A DNA stretch of 12,715 nt from Candidatus Fraserbacteria bacterium (GTDB lineage Bacteria > Bipolaricaulota > Bipolaricaulia > RBG-16-55-9 > JANLFV01). This document shows positions 1-7,987 of this stretch, piece by piece (the stretch's first letter is position 1; the number at the start of each line of letters is the position of its first letter). The DNA is taken from the NCBI GenBank assembly GCA_037446135.1, contig JBBIJD010000051.1, positions 1 to 12,715 of the forward strand. Reading direction: 5' to 3'. The position numbers and the translations under genes are program-made. Under the pieces are notes generated by a model. It searched no databases. It saw only the letters and a program-made list of their open reading frames with translations, and was not told where the DNA came from.

Positions 1-18
1 GGGGTTGCTGGTCGGGAA

Positions 19-115
19 GTTGCTAGACTACCTATGAGGGATTGAAACCAGGAGAGGCTAGACTGGGGGACGATCCAGCTTTCTAGTTGCTAGACTACCT
101 ATGAGGGATTGAAGC
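19..115 (+). CRISPR. Trailer end of a CRISPR array: two 30-bp repeats (19..48, 86..115) and one 37-bp spacer (49..85); 1..18 is probably a partial spacer
   Basis: GTTGCTAGACTACCTATGAGGGATTGAAAC at 19..48 and a 29/30 identical copy ending GAAGC at 86..115. The GTT...ATTGAAAC form is typical of Cas6-processed type I-B/III repeats. The degenerate last copy marks the leader-distal end, so the array likely continues left of the window. Confidence 0.92.
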
Positions 116-276
116 GGAACAACAGGCTCCCCTGATGATGCATTCTCGTTACCGGCTGCTGTGGCGATGGCTGCCAGGTCGCTCATGAACGGCTGACTGA
201 AACGGGCCTCCTCGCGCGAGCATGCTGGCCCACAGTTCCAAGCCTACCCAAGCCGGACCACTCCTAGTCTCCGGCC

Positions 277-306
277 TTCAGTGGTAAGAGAGCTGGCCTA
301 TAGACT
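277..306 (+). promoter_or_regulatory. Possible sigma70-type promoter of the CDF gene
   Basis: TTCAGT (277..282) - 18 nt - TAGACT (301..306); alternative -10 TATTAT at 306..311. Pattern match only. Confidence 0.35.
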
Positions 307-343
307 ATTATTGTCCGTCGGGAGAGGTGTGAATCTCCTGACG

Positions 344-359
344 ACAGCTCATGAGCTGT
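344..359. promoter_or_regulatory. Perfect 16-bp palindrome upstream of the CDF gene (candidate operator or RNA hairpin)
   Basis: ACAGCTCATGAGCTGT is its own reverse complement and lies just upstream of the GGAGG RBS (372..376). Confidence 0.45.
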
Positions 360-369
360 TATCGGTCTC

Positions 370-1794
370 GTGGAGGTCGTGAGCTTGAAGCTCGCTGAAC
401 GCGAGAAGAGCCTTGTGGCCCTCAGCTCGGTCCTGGCGGCCGTCTTCCTCACTGGCCTGAAGCTAGCTGTGGGGCTCTGGACCGGGAGCTTGGGGATCCT
501 CTCCGAGGCTGCCCACTCCGGCCTCGACCTCGTCGCGGCCTTCATCACCTTCCTCGCTGTGCGCGCCTCGGCCCGCCCAGCCGATGCCGAGCACCTCTAT
601 GGCCACGGGAAGGTCGAGTCCTTCTCAGCCCTCGTCGAGACACTCCTCCTCTTCCTGACCTGTGCCTGGATCGTCTATGAGGCGATCCAGCGGCTCACCT
701 TCAAGGCGGTCGAGATCGAGGCTAATGCCTGGGCCTTCGGGGTCATGGGCCTCTCCATCATCATCGACCTCTCGCGCTCGCGGGCGCTCTTCCGCGTCGC
801 CCGCAAGCACGGGAGCCAGGCGCTCGAAGCGGACGCACTCCACTTCAGCACCGATGTCTGGAGCTCGACAGCGGTGATCGCTGGCCTAATCCTCGTCAAA
901 GTGGGCGAACTGATCGGCCAGCGGGCGCTCTTCTCCCGCGCGGACGCCCTCGCGGCCTTAGCGGTGGCCGCCGTGGTCATCGTGACCAGCTACCGGCTCG
1001 GCCGGCGGACCGTTGATGTGCTGGTCGATCGCGCCCCGAGCGGGCTCCCCAACCGGATCGAAGCCCTCGTCAAGGGGGTCGAGGGGGTCCTCGCCTGTCG
1101 GCAGTTGCGGGTCCGGCGGGCCGGCTCAGCAGTCTTCGTCGATATGGTCATCGAGATTGAGCGGAGCCTGCCGCTGGAGAAGGCCCACGCGATCAGCGTG
1201 GCCGTCGAGGAGCGTGTCCGGGAGCTTGTCCCCAATGCTGACTTGGTGATCCACATCGAGCCGATCCAAGGCGAGGCTGAGACGGTGGTCGATCGGATCC
1301 GCGCCATTGCCGGGAACAGGGCTTTAGCGGTCCACGATATCCGAGTCCATGAGATCAAGGGCCAACTTTATGTGGACCTGCACCTGGAGGTAGATGCCCA
1401 ACTCCGACTGAAGGAGGCACACCGCTTAGCCAGTCAGCTCGAGGAGGCGATCCGCGCCCAGGTCCCCTATGTTGCTGAGATCAGCACCCACATCGAGCCG
1501 ACGAGCAGCCGGGCGAGCCGTGGCCGGGATGTGCCCCAGAAGGTCCCGCTCGTCCGGGCGATGATCGCCGAGCTCGCTCCCCAGATCGGAGAGATCCGCG
1601 ACTGCCACGAGATCCGCGTCCGCGAGGCCAAGGGGAAGCTGTTTATCTCACTCCATTGTGTCTTCGACGAGGCGCTCACGCTGGAGGAGGTCCATCGCGT
1701 CTCGGGCCTACTGGAGGCCCGTCTGAAGGAGCGAATCCCCAGCTTAGAGCAGGTCCTGGTCCATGTCGAGCCGGCGGGAGACTTGACGAATTAG
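370..1794 (+). CDS. Cation diffusion facilitator (CDF, FieF-like) metal exporter with three tandem C-terminal dimerisation domains
   Basis: CDF motifs: [15 protein letters not shown] (TM2 HxxxD), [26 protein letters not shown] (TM5 HxxxD). Three repeated C-terminal units end HIEP/HIEP/HVEP. The true start may be TTG 385 (GGAGG at 372..376) or GTG 379. Confidence 0.93.
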   Translation: MEVVSLKLAEREKSLVALSSVLAAVFLTGLKLAVGLWTGSLGILSEAAHSGLDLVAAFITFLAVRASARPADAEHLYGHGKVESFSALVETLLLFLTCAWIVYEAIQRLTFKAVEIEANAWAFGVMGLSIIIDLSRSRALFRVARKHGSQALEADALHFSTDVWSSTAVIAGLILVKVGELIGQRALFSRADALAALAVAAVVIVTSYRLGRRTVDVLVDRAPSGLPNRIEALVKGVEGVLACRQLRVRRAGSAVFVDMVIEIERSLPLEKAHAISVAVEERVRELVPNADLVIHIEPIQGEAETVVDRIRAIAGNRALAVHDIRVHEIKGQLYVDLHLEVDAQLRLKEAHRLASQLEEAIRAQVPYVAEISTHIEPTSSRASRGRDVPQKVPLVRAMIAELAPQIGEIRDCHEIRVREAKGKLFISLHCVFDEALTLEEVHRVSGLLEARLKERIPSLEQVLVHVEPAGDLTN

Positions 1795-1853
1795 TTCTAA
1801 AAGATCAGGATAGCCTGGATGGCAGACGGGGCGAGGGAGGGGGAGGTGATACC

Positions 1854-3161
1854 GTGAGCATTGGGAGAATTGTTCTACTAATCTTTGGGGTCATCGTCCT
1901 TTTGATAGGGATCGGCCTGCTGTTCAGCGGCGGGGCGCTGATCGGGCTCGAGAGAGCCCTCGCGGACAGTGAGGGGTTCATCAGCACGAGGATGGTCCAG
2001 CTCGAGCGCGACTCGAACGCTATCCTCAGTGAGCCGGTCGAGATCGATCTGGGGATAGGCTGGCCTTGGCGCTTCGGTCAGCTCGTCACCATCAAAGTGG
2101 AGGCCACGAGCAGCGACCCCGCAAAGCAGATCTTCCTCGGGATCGCTGAATATGGCGATGTGCAGGCCTATCTCGCGGATGCAGCCTATGATGAGGTCGG
2201 CGGGCTGGGCTTGCGCCCCTTCCGCGTGAGCTATCGCCGACATCCAGGGAGCGCTGTGCCTGCGGCCCCTGCGGCCCAGCGATTCTGGCGGGCCTCCGCT
2301 CAAGGGCCGGGGACCCAGACCCTGAAGTGGGAGCTAGAGCCGGGGGAGTGGGCCCTCGTGCTGATGAACGCCGACGGCTCTGCGGGCATCGACCTGCGTG
2401 GCTCGATCGGGGTGAAGCTCCCCTGGCTCTTCTGGGTCGGCCTGGGGCTCCTCATCGCCGGCCTAGTGGCCTTGGCGGTCGGGATCATGATGATCTACTT
2501 GGCCGTGCGACGGGCCTCCGGAATGGAAGAGAGAGCTGGAGCGGCCGGAGCCCCAGCTCCTTCGGAATATCCGGTCTCTCTCAAAGGTGAGCTCGATGAG
2601 CCGCTCTCGCGTTGGCCCTGGCTCTTCAAGTGGTTCCTTCTCATCCCACACTACATTGTGCTCGCGTTCCTCTGGGCCGCCTTCGCCGTAGTCTGGGTCA
2701 TTGCCCTCCTCGCCATCCTATTTACGGGCCGGTATCCCCGCGGCCTCTTCGAGTTCAGTGTGGGAGTGCTCCGTTGGACCTGGCGGGTCGGATTCTATAG
2801 CTATCAGGCCCTGGGGACTGACAAGTATCCCCCGTTCAGCCTCAAGAGCGAGCCTTACCCCGCCGACCTGGAGATCGCCTATCCCGAGCGGCTCTCCCGG
2901 GGGCTGGTCCTGGTGAAGTGGTGGCTCTTGGCCCTGCCCCAGTATCTCATCGTCACTTTCTTCTGGGGCGGCTGGGGGCCACGCTACGGCGGGCTGGTCT
3001 TCGTCCTAGCTGTCTTCGCGGGCGTAGCGCTCCTCTTCACCGGCCGCTACCCCAGGGAGATCTTCGACTTCGTCCTGGGGATGAACCGCTGGGGCTTTCG
3101 GGTCCTGGCCTACGCCGCTCTGATGACCGACCGCTACCCCCCGTTCCAGCTAGGAGAGTAG
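1854..3161 (+). CDS. DUF4389 domain-containing membrane protein (two DUF4389 repeats plus an N-terminal extracytoplasmic domain)
   Basis: Two copies of KW.L..P....../LFTGRYP...F.F..G..RW..RV..Y....TD.YPPF. An N-terminal TM helix and a second TM helix flank a soluble domain. Start moved to GTG 1854 after GGAGGTG (1842..1848); the ORF-track start at 1656 overlaps the CDF gene. Confidence 0.88.
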   Translation: MSIGRIVLLIFGVIVLLIGIGLLFSGGALIGLERALADSEGFISTRMVQLERDSNAILSEPVEIDLGIGWPWRFGQLVTIKVEATSSDPAKQIFLGIAEYGDVQAYLADAAYDEVGGLGLRPFRVSYRRHPGSAVPAAPAAQRFWRASAQGPGTQTLKWELEPGEWALVLMNADGSAGIDLRGSIGVKLPWLFWVGLGLLIAGLVALAVGIMMIYLAVRRASGMEERAGAAGAPAPSEYPVSLKGELDEPLSRWPWLFKWFLLIPHYIVLAFLWAAFAVVWVIALLAILFTGRYPRGLFEFSVGVLRWTWRVGFYSYQALGTDKYPPFSLKSEPYPADLEIAYPERLSRGLVLVKWWLLALPQYLIVTFFWGGWGPRYGGLVFVLAVFAGVALLFTGRYPREIFDFVLGMNRWGFRVLAYAALMTDRYPPFQLGE

Positions 3162-3188
3162 GCTTGCTCTTGCTATCGTGAGGATGAG

Positions 3189-4475
3189 ATGAGTGCAGCG
3201 AACCCTCCGATCCTCAAGGTCCTCCCGGCCCTGGTCTGCCGAGAGGAGAGGCTCGAAGAGGCCCGACTTGATCGTTTCATCGAGGAGTTGAAGAGGAGCG
3301 TCGGCCCGGAGGTGCGACTCCTCGAACCGCTGGTCGTTCAGAGCGCCGCCGACCTCGGGGGCTTCCCGACCCTTGCAGCGGGAGCGGACGCCATCCTCCT
3401 CTACAAGGCCCATCTCGGCCTAGGAGACTGCGTCCTTGGGGTCGCCGAGCAGGATAGGCCCCTGATCATCTTCGGCGGCGAGGGCGGAGTGAGGCACGCC
3501 CTGGACGCTCTCGAGTATCTCTACCCCAGGGCTGTGACCTGGGTGGCCGCTGACTATCAAGACCTCGCCTTCCGGCTGAGGCTATTGGCCGCCAGGAAGA
3601 AGATCGAGAATACGCGGCTTTTAGTCCTGAATGCGGACTACCAGCACTGGGAGAGGTGGCTCTGCCGGGTCCCTGGGGGGGCGAAGGCCATCAAGGCGCG
3701 GTTCGGAATCGAGCTAGATTATGTGCCTAGCGCTGAGGTGATCCGGAGGTGGCGGTCCATCGCATCTGAGAGGGCCGAGAAGGTGGCCCAAGAGTGGTTG
3801 GCAGGAGCGGCGCGGACGGTCGAGCCGACCGAGGAGGACCTGAAAGTAGTCGCCAGGCTCTACCTGGCGATGAAGGATCTCCTGGAGGAGCGGGGCGCCC
3901 AGGGCCTAACCATGGCCTATGGGGACGATCCCCTCCCAGTCCCCTGCCTGGCCTATACGACCCTGCGGGACGAGGGGGTCCCCGCCGCATGTGAGGCGGA
4001 CATCATCTCCCTCCTGGCGATGGTGATGGTCCATCATCTTCTGGATAAGCCGAGCTTCATGGGGAACATCTTCGTCGATCGCGAGGGCGATGCCCTCCTG
4101 CTCAGCCACTGCGTAGCTCCGCGGAGGATGGCCGGCTATGGCTTGCCCCCGCTCTCCTACTTCTTACGGGACCAGCACTGGGGCAAGGCCCCGGGGAGCG
4201 TGAGCGCCTTCGTCGAGCTCGAGCCGGGAAGGGAGGTCACCCTCTTGCGCTTGAGCGGCGATCTGCGCTCGATGCTCCTCGCCAAGGGCGAGATCCTGGA
4301 CTGCCGCGACCTAGCGGGCTACTGCCGGATGACCGTGGGGGTCAAGCTCGCTGGCTCAGCTAAAGAGTTCATCCAGCGGACTTCGGGGAACCACCATCTG
4401 CTGGTCTACGGGGACCATCTGGCTGAGCTGCGCGGGCTGAACGAGCTCTTCGGGCTCGAGCCGCTCGAACTCTAG
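3189..4475 (+). CDS. L-fucose/L-arabinose isomerase-like protein (substrate unknown)
   Basis: Family motifs PCLAYTTLRDEGVPAACEADI, LLSHC, GREVTLLRL, CRM, and C-terminal GNHHLLVYGD. Confidence 0.75.
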   Translation: MSAANPPILKVLPALVCREERLEEARLDRFIEELKRSVGPEVRLLEPLVVQSAADLGGFPTLAAGADAILLYKAHLGLGDCVLGVAEQDRPLIIFGGEGGVRHALDALEYLYPRAVTWVAADYQDLAFRLRLLAARKKIENTRLLVLNADYQHWERWLCRVPGGAKAIKARFGIELDYVPSAEVIRRWRSIASERAEKVAQEWLAGAARTVEPTEEDLKVVARLYLAMKDLLEERGAQGLTMAYGDDPLPVPCLAYTTLRDEGVPAACEADIISLLAMVMVHHLLDKPSFMGNIFVDREGDALLLSHCVAPRRMAGYGLPPLSYFLRDQHWGKAPGSVSAFVELEPGREVTLLRLSGDLRSMLLAKGEILDCRDLAGYCRMTVGVKLAGSAKEFIQRTSGNHHLLVYGDHLAELRGLNELFGLEPLEL

Positions 4476-4493
4476 TCTAGGCCACCAGGCCGG

Positions 4494-5489
4494 TCAGATT
4501 CGCAGCCCCGGCTCGGGCGAGAGCGTCAAGGGGTCCGCCTGGCCCAGCTCTTCGTGCCTGAACCGGGCCGCGGCGGCCACCATCGCCGCATTGTCGGTGC
4601 AGAGGATGAGCGGGGGGAAGTAGACCTCGAGCCCCGCGGCTTTGGTCTCCTCATGGAACTGGGCCCTAAGCTCGGAGTTGGCCGCCACGCCGCCGACGAC
4701 CGCGATCCTTCTAACTTTGAGGTCTGCCGCGGCTCGGAGCGTCTTCCGCACCAAGACATCGACGACCGCTCGCTGGAAGGAGGCGGCCACATCCTCCGGC
4801 TTGGCCCGGTGCTCCCTGAGGTAGTAGGCCATCGCGGTCTTCAGCCCGGCGAAGCTGAAGTCATAGCCAGAGTCGAGCAGCGGCCTGGGGAGGGGGATCG
4901 CCCCCGGATCGCCCTGTTTGGCCAATCTGTCGAGCTTGGCCCCGGCAGGGTAATCGATCCCGATGAGCTTTCCCACCTTATCGAAGGCCTCCCCGGCGGC
5001 GTCGTCCCTGGTCCCTCCCAAGGTCTGGTAATCCCCCCAGGCCCTAATGTAGACCAAGTTCGTATGCCCGCCTGAGACGAGGAGGGCCAAGAGCGGCGGC
5101 CCCGCCTCGGGATATTCCAGGTAGTGGGCGAAGAGGTGGGCCTCGAGATGATTGACCCCCACGAACGGCCTCTTCAGGGCATAGGCCAACCCCTTAGCGG
5201 TCGAGAGGCCAACGAGGAGGGCCCCCACCAGCCCCGGGCCGTAGGTTGCGCCGATAAGGTCGAGCTCAGGGGGCTCGACCCCCGCTCGCTCGAGCGCCTC
5301 TTTAAGGATAAAGGGCAGCTTCCGGAGATGGTTCCGCGAGGCGAGCTCCGGGACCACGCCCCCGTAGCGGCTGTGGAGGTCGGCTTGAGAGTAGACGATA
5401 TTAGAGAGGACCTCCCGCTCGCCCCGGAGGACCGCTGCAGCGGTCTCATCGCAGGAGGTCTCGATCCCCAGCGTTAACCTTAACTTCAT
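4494..5489 (-). CDS. tsaD: tRNA N6-adenosine threonylcarbamoyltransferase TsaD
   Basis: LGIETSCDET, YGGVVPELASRNH, GPGLVGALLVG, NHLEAH metal motif, LLVSGGHT, TRDDAAGEAFDKV, GGVAANS, CTDNAAMVA. Confidence 0.98.
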   Translation of the reverse strand: MKLRLTLGIETSCDETAAAVLRGEREVLSNIVYSQADLHSRYGGVVPELASRNHLRKLPFILKEALERAGVEPPELDLIGATYGPGLVGALLVGLSTAKGLAYALKRPFVGVNHLEAHLFAHYLEYPEAGPPLLALLVSGGHTNLVYIRAWGDYQTLGGTRDDAAGEAFDKVGKLIGIDYPAGAKLDRLAKQGDPGAIPLPRPLLDSGYDFSFAGLKTAMAYYLREHRAKPEDVAASFQRAVVDVLVRKTLRAAADLKVRRIAVVGGVAANSELRAQFHEETKAAGLEVYFPPLILCTDNAAMVAAAARFRHEELGQADPLTLSPEPGLRI

Positions 5490-6033
5490 GGTATCTCTGG
5501 AGTTCCCGCTCGAGCCTGGCCGCTAGGCCACTGTCCAGGACCCCGACCACGCTCCGCGGGGGCTTCCCGATCGCCCGCCCCAGCTCCTCTTTACTCAGGC
5601 AGATGCGAACGCGTGCCCGGCCTTGGCCCAGGCTCGTGAATTCCCGCCGGGCATTCTCCGAGGCGTCCGCGGCGACCAGGAGCAGCTCGGATCGCCCCTT
5701 TGCGGCCCGGACCCCGTTCCAGCCGGAGATGATCTTCCCGGCCCGGGCCCCAAGCCCCAAAAGGGCGAGGATCTGCCGCTCGATCGCCTGTCTGATCTCC
5801 TCCGGCAGGGCTTGAGCTTGAGACTCGAGTGGCCCCTCGCTCTTTAAGGCCCTTGCCAGTCGCCCCCGCTTCATCGCCTCCTTGATGCAGGCCAGCCTCG
5901 GGCAGACATAGGCCGCCCTCCCGGGGAGCTTAGCCTGGTAATCGACCACCACCCGGCCCTCATAGCGGACGAGCCGGATCAGCTCCGACTTCTCCCGTTC
6001 AGTCCGGCAGCCGATACAGGTCCGAATCGGCAT
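5446..6033 (-). CDS. ylxR: YlxR/RnpM (DUF448) domain fused to an L7Ae-family (YlxQ-like) RNA-binding domain
   Basis: N-terminal PIRTCIGCR...KSELIRLV...GRAAYVC....C...RLARALK matches YlxR. C-terminal LLGLGARAGKIISG...LLVAADAS...SKEELGRAIGK..RSVVGVLDSGLA matches L7Ae. Overlaps the tsaD start by 44 bp. Confidence 0.88.
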   Translation of the reverse strand: MPIRTCIGCRTEREKSELIRLVRYEGRVVVDYQAKLPGRAAYVCPRLACIKEAMKRGRLARALKSEGPLESQAQALPEEIRQAIERQILALLGLGARAGKIISGWNGVRAAKGRSELLLVAADASENARREFTSLGQGRARVRICLSKEELGRAIGKPPRSVVGVLDSGLAARLERELQRYHEVKVNAGDRDLLR

Positions 6034-6060
6034 CGGAGTCAGGATCAGATCAGCGGCCCC

Positions 6061-6618
6061 CTATCTCGTCTTGAGGGCCGCGATATAGGGGAGGTTCCGA
6101 TAGAGCCCGGCGTAGTCGAGGCCGTAGCCGACGAGGAACTCGTTCTCCTCGAGCCGGAAGCCGATATAGTCGAGCTGGACCTCGACCTCCCTCCGCGGGG
6201 TCTTATCGATGAGACAGCAGGTCCGGAGGCTCCGGGGCTTGCGGGCGAGGATCGTCTCCTGAATGAATTTGAGCGTCCTCCCCGTATCCACGATGTCCTC
6301 GACGAGGAGCACATCCCGATCCTCGACCGGATCGACCAGATCCTTGAGGAGCACAAGCTCGCCGGGCGAGTCGGCCTGGCCGTAGCTCGAGACGGTGATG
6401 AAGTCGAACTCGAGCGGGAGGTCGATCTCCCGGACCAGGTCGGCGAGGAAGATCACCACCCCCCGGAGGAGGCCGATCGCCAGGAGCGGCCGCTCACCGC
6501 CTCGAGCCAGAGCTAAGGCCGAGTAGTCCCGAGTGATCTCGGCCCCCAGCTCCTTGATCCGCCGCTTGAGCTCCCTCTCCCCGATCACGATCCGCTTCAG
6601 CTTCTCATCGACTCTCAT
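6061..6618 (-). CDS. hpt: Hypoxanthine phosphoribosyltransferase
   Basis: GLLRGVVIFLADL, DFITVSSYG, PRPP-binding VLLVEDIVDTGRTL, FLVGYGLDYAGLYRNLPYI. ATGA overlap with the upstream fbp stop. Confidence 0.97.
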   Translation of the reverse strand: MRVDEKLKRIVIGERELKRRIKELGAEITRDYSALALARGGERPLLAIGLLRGVVIFLADLVREIDLPLEFDFITVSSYGQADSPGELVLLKDLVDPVEDRDVLLVEDIVDTGRTLKFIQETILARKPRSLRTCCLIDKTPRREVEVQLDYIGFRLEENEFLVGYGLDYAGLYRNLPYIAALKTR

Positions 6619-7754
6619 CTTCTGATGACACTTCTCTTTTCGGCCCGCTCGGGTGCAATGCGGACCGCGAACCGCCCCTCAAGGCGCTTCATCCTCTCCG
6701 TAATCCCGCCATACTCGAGCTCGCTATAGCCGAGCATCGCCGGGCCAAAGAAGCCCTGCCGGCGGAGCTCGGCGGCCTTCTCTGCCGCCTTCTCTCTCAC
6801 CCAGTCCCAGAAGGGATGATCGAAGAGATCGACCGGCTCGGTCAACCTCCCCTCATGGACGCAGAAGCCGAGGCAGGAGACGCAGGGCGGGCCGTCGAAG
6901 TAGGAGACGGCCATGTTCCGCTTTACTGGCATGAGCGGGCCGTGATGGCTCCCGCGCATCCAGCCACCGACATAATGGCCGAGCTCATAGGGGGCGAGGA
7001 CCTCTCCGGTGGCAGGGAATTGAGCCTGGACCCGGACGAGCATGATGGGGTCGTCCTTCCCGGTGTATCTCCCGGCGATGTTATGGAGCCTAGTGGTCGA
7101 GCAGGCCACGGCCTGCTCACCGGTGGTCCGGGAGTGGATCGACTCGACGACGAACCGCTCATTGTCCCGCAAGAGGCAGGCGAGATCGTAGAGCTCCTCG
7201 GGGGCCTCGAGCTTGATGACCCGCTCGCCCGCGGTATGGGCGACATCCATGATGGTGAACGAGAAGCCCTCACGCATCGCTGGCGAGAGCATCAGCCCAG
7301 GGCAATACATCGGGTCGGCGAACGCCAAGTAGAGCGGGAGGTTGTAAGCCCCCGGCTCGGTCTTGTCGGCCATGAAGAGGAGGAACGGCTCGTTGGGTCG
7401 CTCCTCGAACTCCAGCTCCGCCACCGCCGGGCCGAGGCCCTTGACATTCCCGGAGAAGGCATCTTTAAGGAGGTCCTGCCCCGCGCCGTAGAGCCCCTCC
7501 TCTTTAGCGACCTCCGTCCCTGCGCGGAAGGCCTCCCAGGCGAGCCGGTGGACCTCTTCATTCCCCACCCCGCCGGTATGGGCCATCAGGATCGAGATGT
7601 CATCACCGGTGAACCCGACATAATAGTCCAAAATGGCCCGCCCCTTCGCCTCTTCCACCTGGGCGGCCACACGGGCGAGGAGCCGCTTGCTCGGACGCAG
7701 GTGGCCCCCGATGCTCCCCACATCGGCCTTGATGGCAGTGAGAGTGACCTTCAT
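6615..7754 (-). CDS. fbp: Bifunctional fructose-1,6-bisphosphate aldolase/phosphatase (class V FBPase, archaeal type)
   Basis: IKADVGSIGGH, GLYGAGQDLLKDAFSGNVKGLGP, ADKTEPGAYN, RLHNIAGRYTGKDDP (catalytic Tyr/Lys), GWMRGSHHGPLMP. Real start is ATG 7754 (MKVTL); the ORF-track extension to 8006 runs through the tRNA. Confidence 0.96.
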   Translation of the reverse strand: MKVTLTAIKADVGSIGGHLRPSKRLLARVAAQVEEAKGRAILDYYVGFTGDDISILMAHTGGVGNEEVHRLAWEAFRAGTEVAKEEGLYGAGQDLLKDAFSGNVKGLGPAVAELEFEERPNEPFLLFMADKTEPGAYNLPLYLAFADPMYCPGLMLSPAMREGFSFTIMDVAHTAGERVIKLEAPEELYDLACLLRDNERFVVESIHSRTTGEQAVACSTTRLHNIAGRYTGKDDPIMLVRVQAQFPATGEVLAPYELGHYVGGWMRGSHHGPLMPVKRNMAVSYFDGPPCVSCLGFCVHEGRLTEPVDLFDHPFWDWVREKAAEKAAELRRQGFFGPAMLGYSELEYGGITERMKRLEGRFAVRIAPERAEKRSVIRR

Positions 7755-7761
7755 AATCCTG

Positions 7762-7790
7762 ATTCTAGCGGCGGCCGGGGCGGGGGGCAA
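7762..7790 (-). promoter_or_regulatory. sigma70-type promoter of the fbp-hpt-ylxR-tsaD operon, probably giving a leaderless mRNA
   Basis: Minus strand TTGCCC (7790..7785) - 17 nt - TAGAAT (7767..7762) - 7 nt - ATG (7754). Confidence 0.7.
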
Positions 7791-7811
7791 CTCCCTCGCA
7801 CCAGCCCAGTC

Positions 7812-7820
7812 TGGTATAAT
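7812..7820 (+). promoter_or_regulatory. Extended -10 promoter of tRNA-Pro
   Basis: TGGTATAAT (TGn + consensus TATAAT), ending 8 nt before the tRNA 5' end. Confidence 0.75.
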
Positions 7821-7828
7821 GGTCCTCG

Positions 7829-7905
7829 CGGGGAGTGGCGCAGCCTGGTAGCGCGCCTGCTTTGGGAGCAGGAGGCCGCTGGTTCGAATCCAGTCTCCCC
7901 GACCA
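7829..7905 (+). tRNA. tRNA-Pro (anticodon TGG), CCA encoded
   Basis: Acceptor CGGGGAG/CTCCCCG + A + CCA; D arm GCGCAGCCTGGTAGCGC; anticodon arm CCTGC-TT-TGG-GA-GCAGG (TGG at 7863..7865); T arm GCTGG-TTCGAAT-CCAGT; 77 nt. Confidence 0.98.
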
Positions 7906-7987
7906 AGGCTCCTTACGGCGAGGCTGGCTTTGTTGGGCCTGGGAGCCGATGCAGGCGGGGCTAGGGGGCTAATCGGTCGGACCGGAC

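Noticed and set aside
57..64. GCTAGACT in the spacer identical to part of the repeat
   Set aside because: 8-bp match with no further alignment; likely coincidence.
195..237. NiCo (czcD) or yybP-ykoY riboswitch upstream of the CDF gene
   Set aside because: Only a single hairpin can be drawn; I cannot find the four-way junction or conserved junction nucleotides. cmscan would be decisive.
1656..1853. N-terminal extension of the DUF4389 ORF
   Set aside because: It overlaps the CDF gene, is low-complexity, and a strong RBS precedes GTG 1854.
6816..7964. 382-aa plus-strand ORF
   Set aside because: Antisense shadow of fbp that also crosses the tRNA; no recognisable motifs; typical of high-GC codon bias.
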